IMG/VR virus record: IMGVR_UViG_2844225640_000006
Coordinates: 1 to 64,000 of that record
Origin: a virus
Taxonomy: Duplodnaviria; Caudoviricetes
Direction: 5' to 3' (one strand)
DNA: 64,000 nt
Shown here: positions 57,112-64,000 of the stretch, in pieces
Layout: each line of letters starts with the position of its first letter
Position numbering within the stretch: position 1 is the stretch's first letter
Program-made: the position numbers and the translations under genes
The notes under the pieces: generated by a model
The model's database searches: none
What the model was told of the DNA's origin: nothing
The model's input: only the letters and a program-made list of their open reading frames with translations

Positions 57112-57596
57112 TCCGGCGCCTCCTCGCTCATTGATGCAGAGAGATCCTTGTTGGCAAGCTCGGTGCCGTCATTGAAACCCTTCTGCCAGTTCTGGAACTC
57201 CTGCGAGCCCGGCTGGTACGGGTTGGTCGCGCTCTTGCGACGGCGCCCGGCTGCGAAGCCTTCGTCGTAGGCCCGGTCTTCCTGCGGTGTCCGATCCTTG
57301 TCGAGGATGTCGAGCTGGCGGCCGAGCTGGTGACCGAACATGCGGGCGATACGGAGCTTGCGTTCGAAGTCGGCAATAACCTGACCGACGTCCTTGTCCT
57401 CGAGGGACTTGGCAAAATCGTAGTCCTTCTTGGACCAGCCGAGATCCTTCAGCCGCTTGTATTCGGCGTTCATGTCGCCCTTGGTGCCGGCCATATCCGA
57501 CTCCATGCTCTTCAGGTTTGCGAAGCCTTCGAGGAACTTCTGCTCTTCGTAGAGCTCCTGTTCAGTCTTGGTGTTGTGGTCTCTGGTCATCATCAT
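57108..57596 (-). CDS. Phage protein with GapR-like N-terminal and RMF-like C-terminal segments
   Basis: DMNAEYKRLKDLGWSKK; AYDEGFAAG....NPY.PGS...QNWQKGF.DG. Confidence 0.55.
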   Translation of the reverse strand: MMMTRDHNTKTEQELYEEQKFLEGFANLKSMESDMAGTKGDMNAEYKRLKDLGWSKKDYDFAKSLEDKDVGQVIADFERKLRIARMFGHQLGRQLDILDKDRTPQEDRAYDEGFAAGRRRKSATNPYQPGSQEFQNWQKGFNDGTELANKDLSASMSEEAPE

Positions 57597-57602
57597 GCAC
57601 CT

Positions 57603-57935
57603 CTATTTAGGTTGCTTCTTAATTCTGAGACGCTTTCGCGCCTCGTCTATCGAGACCCCTGATTTCAGGAGGTCGTAGTAAGCCGCCTCCTGATGAGGAG
57701 GTACGTAAAATCCCCTGCGGGATGTCTTGTAACTCTGGATATGAGGAGGAGCCTCGAATACTTTTTCGCCTGCATTATCAGCAGTTAGCTCAAGCTTCTT
57801 GATGCGTCGGATCACCTGTATCCGGTGCACACCAAGGAGGTTGGCGATAGTACGAGTAGGAGTATTTTTGCGTACGAGGGACCGCAGTTCTCGATCGAGT
57901 TCAGCGGTCCAAATCAGGTTGCCTGTGCCAACCAT
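57603..57935 (-). CDS. GcrA-like HTH protein
   Basis: WT.ELD..LR.L........IA..LG..R..VI.RI..L.L. Confidence 0.6.
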   Translation of the reverse strand: MVGTGNLIWTAELDRELRSLVRKNTPTRTIANLLGVHRIQVIRRIKKLELTADNAGEKVFEAPPHIQSYKTSRRGFYVPPHQEAAYYDLLKSGVSIDEARKRLRIKKQPK

Positions 57936-57941
57936 CGGGGC

Positions 57942-58241
57942 TCACTCCCCAACAGGATCACGCAAAGTCTCATCACTCGGAATGTCGAACCCGAGCTCCT
58001 CCGCTGCCGCAAGGCATGTGAGGACAATGAGACCCGTGCAAAGTTTTTCCTTTTTCTCTTCAGCTCTGAAGACGGAAACCTGCGTGCTTCCAATACGCTC
58101 GGCAAATGCCATCTGGCTTTCGCCGAGTTCATTGCGGACGAACTTTATCTGACGACCAGTCAGGGTAAGCTGCTCAACTTCCGCCATAACTTGTTTGTAT
58201 CGGGTCAGGATGTCGTGGAATTTGGTGGTGTTATCTCGCAT
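57942..58241 (-). CDS. Cro-like XRE HTH regulator
   Basis: IK.VR..LGESQ..FAERIG.TQ..V.R.E; divergent from CI. Confidence 0.8.
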   Translation of the reverse strand: MRDNTTKFHDILTRYKQVMAEVEQLTLTGRQIKFVRNELGESQMAFAERIGSTQVSVFRAEEKKEKLCTGLIVLTCLAAAEELGFDIPSDETLRDPVGE

Positions 58242-58267
58242 TGTTATTCACTCCGTGTTGAATATGT

Positions 58268-58309
58268 AATACAATGCGAATTGGCTATGGTAAATACGAA
58301 ACGTATTTA
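58268..58309. promoter_or_regulatory. Operator pair in the cro/cI intergenic region
   Basis: Perfect TAAATACG-AAA-CGTATTTA (58291-58309) and variant AATACA-ATG-CGAATT (58268-82). Confidence 0.75.
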
Positions 58310-58329
58310 ATTTGTCAGGAGACTTCGTT

Positions 58330-58992
58330 ATGCATCAAGAAGAGCCGTTCCATCGCCTCAAGGTGGCGCGAGTAAACGCTGGCTATAAGTCGGCAACGGA
58401 TGCCGCCCGTAGTATGGGCGTGAAGGTTGTCACATACACAGCGCATGAAAATGGCACACGCGGATTTGATAAGGACGCCCTCTTATACGCAAAGCATTAC
58501 GGCGTTGACCCTGCGTGGCTGCTATTCGGGACCGTCCCATTGGCCGATCCAGCCGATGACGAAGGGCAGGCCGCTCGTTTGAAGGCGAAATCCAACGCGG
58601 CAGAACTTATCAGATCCACAAACCTCGATGAGTTTTGGGATATGCCGAAGGACTTCCTTGAAGTCGGTCTTGATATTCACAATGACTGCGCGCGCGTCAT
58701 GGAGATCGTCGGCGACTATATGTACGATCCGTATAATCCGACTGCTCCTGGCTCACTCTTTCCGGGTGATAGCGTCATCATTGACATGAATGACACACGC
58801 CCCACTCCTCCCGGAGCATTCGCTGTGTATGATGGTGATGCCGTTTCGGTGAAGATGGTCGAAGTCCTTCCGTCTGAAGGCCCGCCGCTCGTTCGGATCA
58901 CCGGCAGGAATCCTCGATATGAAGGCTACGAACGGAGTGCCTCGGACGTGCCGATTGTCGGTCGAGTTAAGGCGAAGGTGACGATGCTGTGA
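58330..58992 (+). CDS. CI-like repressor (HTH plus S24-like domain)
   Basis: RLK.AR..AGY.SA.DAA...G....TY..HENG.R, V...WLL.G; GD.M, PGD.V.ID, VK. Confidence 0.88.
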   Translation: MHQEEPFHRLKVARVNAGYKSATDAARSMGVKVVTYTAHENGTRGFDKDALLYAKHYGVDPAWLLFGTVPLADPADDEGQAARLKAKSNAAELIRSTNLDEFWDMPKDFLEVGLDIHNDCARVMEIVGDYMYDPYNPTAPGSLFPGDSVIIDMNDTRPTPPGAFAVYDGDAVSVKMVEVLPSEGPPLVRITGRNPRYEGYERSASDVPIVGRVKAKVTML

Positions 58993-59536
58993 CGTGCCAA
59001 CTTTCGTTTTTCTTCGTTTCGCCGCGCATTTTTTTGGAATGAGATTTTAGCAATAATATTAAAGGCTTGAGCACTCCATAGGCTCATACCCAGAAACCAA
59101 TCTACTTTACGATTCTATATGGGTTCACCGTCTATGCTCGATTGAGAGATCGTCGTGACTCCCACAGACCAAGAACCCCGCCATGAATAACATGGAAGGG
59201 CTCCTGGAGTAGGAGGGGTAGTCCATGCCCGACCGAGCCGACCGCCGCTTATCCCACAGGTAACGGCGGGGTTGCTCGCCTTACCATCTTGGCCTCTTTT
59301 TCGTGAGCACTCACGCCGATCAGGGCAGACCACCAGCTTTCGCCGCCAGAAACCCTTTGAGCCAGATCGAATCCCGTTCCTTGCTCAATCATCTACTGCA
59401 CGGCCGAACCGGTTTCCGTCATACCTTGCAGCAGACTGGACGGCTCATTCATTTTGTCTTGAGGAAATACGTGACGTATGATATTCAATCGTCACTGGAT
59501 TTCCTCGTCGGCTAAACGAACAATCTCTCCAGTCGC

Positions 59537-59577
59537 GGCCCCGTGCATTTGCTAGATGCAGCGGGGCCTTTTCTTTT
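59537..59577 (+). terminator. Intrinsic terminator
   Basis: GGCCCCG..CGGGGCC long stem then TTTTCTTTT. Confidence 0.65.
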
Positions 59578-59602
59578 ATGCTCCTTTTTTTTGCGCTTCG
59601 TC

Positions 59603-59652
59603 AATACGTTTCGTATTTTATTTGTTGACACATACGATGCGAATAGTATTAT
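59603..59652 (+). promoter_or_regulatory. Promoter of recombination operon with two operators
   Basis: TTGACA (59625-30), 16 nt, TATTAT (59647-52); AATACG-TTT-CGTATT 59603-17; CATACG-ATG-CGAATA 59631-45. Confidence 0.75.
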
Positions 59653-59850
59653 GCAATTCATAGCGTAGATTTCGAGCCGACGAAATGAACACCAACATTC
59701 TGAATGCAGCACAACGTGCGTCTGACCGACGCGCGCAGATGGAAGTCGCTATTCGCGCCTGGCATCAGGGCCTCCCGCTCACGACAGAGCAGAAGGATCT
59801 GATCCACGAGGCAGGAGTGGTTTCTCTCGCCCACGACATGCGGCTTCCCG

Positions 59851-60057
59851 ATGAATGACGAGTGGGAAATTCAGGCTGGCTTCGAGCTCTACAAGCAGTT
59901 CATCCGCGGCGGTTACGGCTCCTGCATGGAGGTCACCGTCAAGGGGAAGAAGGTCCGGGAAACCCCGGAACAGGCGTGCGTCCGAAGATGGCGCCGACTC
60001 AGAGACACCGTCCGCGAAGGGTTCATCGCGGAAGGCCGGAAGCAGCAAGAAACTTGA
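59851..60057 (+). CDS. Hypothetical protein
   Basis: 68 aa ORF ahead of the ATPase in the same operon. Confidence 0.5.
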   Translation: MNDEWEIQAGFELYKQFIRGGYGSCMEVTVKGKKVRETPEQACVRRWRRLRDTVREGFIAEGRKQQET

Positions 60058-60067
60058 GGTTCATATA

Positions 60068-61345
60068 ATGAAAGTCATCTCTTTTCAGGCCGAGAACATA
60101 AAGAAGCTCGTTGCCGTTGAGATTAAGCCAGAGGGCAACCTCGTTGAAATCACCGGGAAGAACGGGCAGGGCAAGACTTCTATCCTTGATGCGATCTGGT
60201 GGGCCTTGGATGGCAACAAGGTCATCCAGTCCAAGCCAGTGCGTGATGGAGCTGAGGCTGGCTTCATTCGCCTCGACCTTGGCGACTATGTCGTCACCAA
60301 AAAGTTCAAGGTGAAGGCCGACGGCGATATAACGATCTCGCTCACCGTCGAAAACCGGGACGGAGCGAAGTTTGGCAGCCCGCAGGAACTGCTCAACCGC
60401 TTCCTCGGCGACCTTACCTTCGACCCGCTCTCTTTTTCCCGTATGCGAGCGCAGGATCAGGTCAAGGCGCTCCGGTCTCTGGTCAAGGACTACGACTTCG
60501 ATGCCGCTGACAAGGAATCCAAGGAGCTTTTCACCGAGCGCACGGACGTCAACCGTTCGATCCGCGACCTGAAGGCTCGTATCGAGTCCATCGTCATCCC
60601 TGAGTGCGGTGTCTCTGAAAAGGTCAGCGTTGAAGACCTCGTGCAGGATCTTCAGAAGGCCATGGATCACAACTCCGCCGTGACAGCCGCCGAAAGCAAG
60701 GCGCAGGCCATCAACGCTGACATCGAGCGCACCCGCAATTCGATCTCCACCAAGAAGCAAGCAATTAACGATCTCCAGCATGCGCTTAATCAAGAAGAGC
60801 TGCGGATCGAGGAGCTTAACGACGAGCTTGACGGCATCGAGATCGCAGACCGCATCGATACCAACCCGATCCGCGAGAAGATTTCGGAAGCGGATGAGAT
60901 CAATGGCGCTCTGACCCAAATCAAGGCCCGCGAAGAGCTCGTCGACCAGATGAAGGCTCTCCAGCAGAAGAGCGACGAGCTCACCAAGGGCATCGATGTC
61001 ATCAACCAGGCATCCGCGAACGCCGTCGTCGCAGCGAACCTGCCCATTGCCGGCCTTCAGCTCACGGACGAGGCTGTCATCCTTAACGGCCAGCCGTTTG
61101 ATCAGGCAAGCGACGCCGAGCAGCTCCGCGCATCTATCGCGGTGGCGGCTGCGATGAATCCGACGCTCCGGGTTATCCGTGTACGTGACGGCTCACTGCT
61201 CGACGCGGACTCGATGGCCTTGCTGACCGAGTTTGCACAGGAAAACGACACGCAGGTGTGGATCGAGACGGTTTCGTCCGGCCGCGAGACGGCTGTGGTG
61301 ATCGAAGACGGGCACGTCGCCTCTGGTTTGGAGGCAGCAGAATGA
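60068..61345 (+). CDS. AAA/SMC-like coiled-coil ATPase
   Basis: ENIK, ITGKNGQGKTSILDAI, long coiled coil, S.AEQL, DGSLLD, QVWIE. Confidence 0.85.
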   Translation: MKVISFQAENIKKLVAVEIKPEGNLVEITGKNGQGKTSILDAIWWALDGNKVIQSKPVRDGAEAGFIRLDLGDYVVTKKFKVKADGDITISLTVENRDGAKFGSPQELLNRFLGDLTFDPLSFSRMRAQDQVKALRSLVKDYDFDAADKESKELFTERTDVNRSIRDLKARIESIVIPECGVSEKVSVEDLVQDLQKAMDHNSAVTAAESKAQAINADIERTRNSISTKKQAINDLQHALNQEELRIEELNDELDGIEIADRIDTNPIREKISEADEINGALTQIKAREELVDQMKALQQKSDELTKGIDVINQASANAVVAANLPIAGLQLTDEAVILNGQPFDQASDAEQLRASIAVAAAMNPTLRVIRVRDGSLLDADSMALLTEFAQENDTQVWIETVSSGRETAVVIEDGHVASGLEAAE

Positions 61346-61572
61346 AAATCAAGATCATCGCTGGCGCAGAGCCTCACCGTGAAGGCGAGTATCCTTGGTC
61401 CTATATGGTCGGATGCGACGGGGTTACCGAGATCGTCGAGGAGGACCAAAACCTCGGCACGTACGGAATCACTTGGTTCGTCGTGAAGAGTGGCGATGCC
61501 GTTATCGCAAAGATGAACGCGCTCTACGTCGCTAATATCACGCTCTTTCCTGTGGAAGGCGGTGCGAAATGA
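61342..61572 (+). CDS. Hypothetical protein
   Basis: GGAGG SD, ATGA overlaps at both ends. Confidence 0.6.
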   Translation: MKIKIIAGAEPHREGEYPWSYMVGCDGVTEIVEEDQNLGTYGITWFVVKSGDAVIAKMNALYVANITLFPVEGGAK

Positions 61573-62699
61573 CCGACCTCAACTTCATCCCGAACGCGGA
61601 CGGAACTTACACGCTACCGCCCGGCATTTACTTTGATCTGCCAGAGGCGGTTTACCATGCTGACACTTCGCTCGGCTCGACGTCCATCAAGGATCTGGCG
61701 TCCAAGCCATGCAAGTGGCAGTACGACCGGCTCCGTCCTCGTCGCGAAGTCGAGCAGGAATACCTGATCTGGGGCAGCGCATGGCACTGCCGCGTTCTGG
61801 AAGGCAAGGAAGAGTTCGATAAGCGGTATGCGAAGCCGCCGCGACCGCATGACTACCCGGAAGCGTTGAACACGACCGACCAGATCAAGGACTTCCTTCG
61901 CATGCACGGCCAGAAGCTCACCGGCACCAAGCCTGAGCTGACTGCAAGGGCGCGCGAGCTTGATGAATGCCCGCCATTCTTCGACGAGATCCTTGCACGC
62001 TGGCAGGCCGAGCATCCGAACCATGTCGAGCTGACTGACCGGCAGGTGGTCGAGATCGAGGACGCCGTTGCGAACATGGAGCGTGATCCGATCCTCACTT
62101 CCGTCATGACGGCTGGCTCTCTGGTCGATGGTGCCGCTGAAATGTCCATCTTCTGGGTGGATGAGCGTGGAATCCGCCGCAAGTGCCGCCTCGACTACTC
62201 GCTTGCCCCCGCCGGTGAGCGCGTCAAATCTCTGATCGTCGACCTGAAATCGTTCAACTCGTTCAAGGGCGGCTCGGACGAAGAGGCGGCAGTGCTCAAG
62301 GTTCATGAGATGGCCTACGACGTGCAGGTCGCCGCGTATCTGGAAGGATATGTGGCCGCACGCAAGCTTCTCGAGCAGGGAATGATCTTCGGAACGCCTC
62401 CGCGAGGGGAATACCTGCATTCGTTCCTGCACTCGCAGGGGATCGATTGGGTATGGGTGATGATGCGCCGCGACAACGGCATGGTGCCGGTCACGCTGTC
62501 CGTCGACACCGAGGACAAGATGTTTGTCCACGCGAAGAACATCGTCGGGGACGCTCTCGATACCTACCGCTTCTATCTCGACCGCTACGGGCCGGACCAG
62601 CTGTGGACTCCGCCGCCGAAGGTTCCGCTGCGCCTGAACCACTCCGTCATGCCTACCTACAACCGAGGAATACAATATGAGCAACCTAATCACCGTTGA
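61569..62699 (+). CDS. RecE/exonuclease VIII-like PD-(D/E)XK nuclease
   Basis: YHA, G.A.H..VLE, E.SIFW, KCRLD, IVDLKS, Y..Q.A.Y. Confidence 0.85.
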   Translation: MTDLNFIPNADGTYTLPPGIYFDLPEAVYHADTSLGSTSIKDLASKPCKWQYDRLRPRREVEQEYLIWGSAWHCRVLEGKEEFDKRYAKPPRPHDYPEALNTTDQIKDFLRMHGQKLTGTKPELTARARELDECPPFFDEILARWQAEHPNHVELTDRQVVEIEDAVANMERDPILTSVMTAGSLVDGAAEMSIFWVDERGIRRKCRLDYSLAPAGERVKSLIVDLKSFNSFKGGSDEEAAVLKVHEMAYDVQVAAYLEGYVAARKLLEQGMIFGTPPRGEYLHSFLHSQGIDWVWVMMRRDNGMVPVTLSVDTEDKMFVHAKNIVGDALDTYRFYLDRYGPDQLWTPPPKVPLRLNHSVMPTYNRGIQYEQPNHR

Positions 62700-63924
62700 T
62701 TCAGTCGGCGGATTTCTTGACCAGATCCGGGGGGACATCGAGCCCCTCGTTATCGACAGCGGCAAGAGCTTCGACCGCCTCAAGTCGGTGTTTCTGATTG
62801 CCGTGCAGCAGAACCAGGACATCCTGAAGTGTTCGACGACGAGCATTAAGCGGGAGATCCTGAAGTGCGCTGCAGACGGTCTTGTCCCGGACAACAAGGA
62901 AGCCGCGATGATCCCCTACAAGGGGGAGCTTCAGTACCAGCCCATGGTGATGGGCATCATCAAGCGGGTGAAAGAGCTCGGCGGCGTCTTCTCCATCGTC
63001 TGTAAGCTGGTCCACGAGAATGACGAGTTCGTGCTCAACGAGGCCGACCCTGACTCCTTGCTCCACAAGTCAAACCCATTCGCCACGGCTAAGGACCGCG
63101 GCGCTGTAACTGGCGGCTATGCCGTTTTTCGCGATGACCAGAAGCGGGTGATGCACCTTGAAACGATGTCCATCGAAGACTTCGTGAAAGTGCGCAACGC
63201 GTCGAAGGCTCCAGACTCTCCAGCGTGGAAGAACTGGACGAACGAGATGTACCGCAAGGCAGTGCTTCGTCGCGGCTCCAAGTACGTCCCGATCAACAAC
63301 GACAAGATCCGTGCGCTGCTCGAACGTCAGGACGAAATGTTCGACCAGTTCAATACTGCGCGTCAGACCGAGCGGGTGAATCCATTCACTGGCGAAGTCA
63401 TCGAGCACGACCAGACCAAGATCGTCACCGACCAAAGCCAGACCGGCGTCAAGATGGACGCAGGAGCGTCTCAGGAGCGCGAGAAGGAACCAGCCAAGCA
63501 ATCGCAGCCAAAGTCGGAGCAACGCTCTGAGCAGGCCAGCCAGACCGGACAGGGCAGCAAGCCGAAGCAGGAAGCCAAAAAGGAGGAACCGTCTGGCCCT
63601 CCGTCCGCACCGGACGACATCATGATCCAGCGTGAGGACCACGACATCATCCTCGAAGGTTGCGAAAAGCTGCTCGGTATCGCGCTCGACATGGGTATCG
63701 ACGCACCAGACCGCCGAGGTGTGCTGAAGCAGGCGGCTCAACATTGGGCATCTGCAACGCCGGAGTACGCGAAGCCACTCATGAAGGCATGCATCGACAT
63801 GACCGATTGGGCAATCAAGCGAGACGCCGACAAGCTGGCATGGTCAGCCGAGCACGCGATGTTCGTCCACAAGGTGAAGAGCCTTCTCGGCGTCGAGAAG
63901 CTGAACGTCGGGAAATACCCGTGA
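62677..63924 (+). CDS. recT: RecT family single-strand annealing protein
   Basis: CA.DGL.PD..EA..IPY, V.END.F, SPAW.....EM..K.VLRR..K..P. Confidence 0.88.
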   Translation: MSNLITVDSVGGFLDQIRGDIEPLVIDSGKSFDRLKSVFLIAVQQNQDILKCSTTSIKREILKCAADGLVPDNKEAAMIPYKGELQYQPMVMGIIKRVKELGGVFSIVCKLVHENDEFVLNEADPDSLLHKSNPFATAKDRGAVTGGYAVFRDDQKRVMHLETMSIEDFVKVRNASKAPDSPAWKNWTNEMYRKAVLRRGSKYVPINNDKIRALLERQDEMFDQFNTARQTERVNPFTGEVIEHDQTKIVTDQSQTGVKMDAGASQEREKEPAKQSQPKSEQRSEQASQTGQGSKPKQEAKKEEPSGPPSAPDDIMIQREDHDIILEGCEKLLGIALDMGIDAPDRRGVLKQAAQHWASATPEYAKPLMKACIDMTDWAIKRDADKLAWSAEHAMFVHKVKSLLGVEKLNVGKYP

Positions 63925-64000
63925 CCGCATAGATCGTGGCGCCGACCTCTCGGCGTCACCCACCCTTCAAGCATGAAGTACGTAGTGAAATTGAGGAACA

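Larger units (their letters stand above)
1273..64000. mobile_element. Temperate prophage with lambda-like head genes and P2-like contractile tail; right end outside window
   Basis: Continuous lysis, tail, head, terminase, early, replication, repressor and recombination modules starting at the att site. Confidence 0.95.

Overview
About 1.2 kb of alphaproteobacterial (Agrobacterium/Rhizobium-like) chromosome, carrying a CaiB/BaiF CoA-transferase gene, is followed by a large prophage. The prophage starts at a 3' tRNA-Leu remnant (att, 1273-1295) and runs past the window end, so it is over 62 kb; no integrase is in view. The minus strand at 1.5-30.3 kb holds lysis genes, a P2-like contractile tail and a lambda-like portal and terminase. 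The plus strand at 31-49 kb is a long early/accessory operon. The minus strand at 49.3-58.2 kb holds replication and regulatory genes, followed by CI, an AAA ATPase and RecE/RecT. The top finding is at 36.76-38.61 kb: a stand-alone Cas7/RAMP-like gene and a partner gene interleaved with three non-coding arrays of GGY-NN pentamers punctuated by GGCA and flanked by hairpins. This looks like a phage RNA-guided system with a gapped dinucleotide code and, from memory, matches the recently described VIPR architecture. One unit decodes in codon phase to a near match in the adjacent gene. The second finding is 13 copies of a small hairpin with an invariant ANYA loop just upstream of early-gene ribosome-binding sites. 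Other observations are a boxB/boxA-like ORF-free leader, an operator family shared across distant promoters, tail-fibre paralogues sharing identical DNA blocks, and a -1 frameshift site. All family assignments come from motif recognition by eye; no searches were run.
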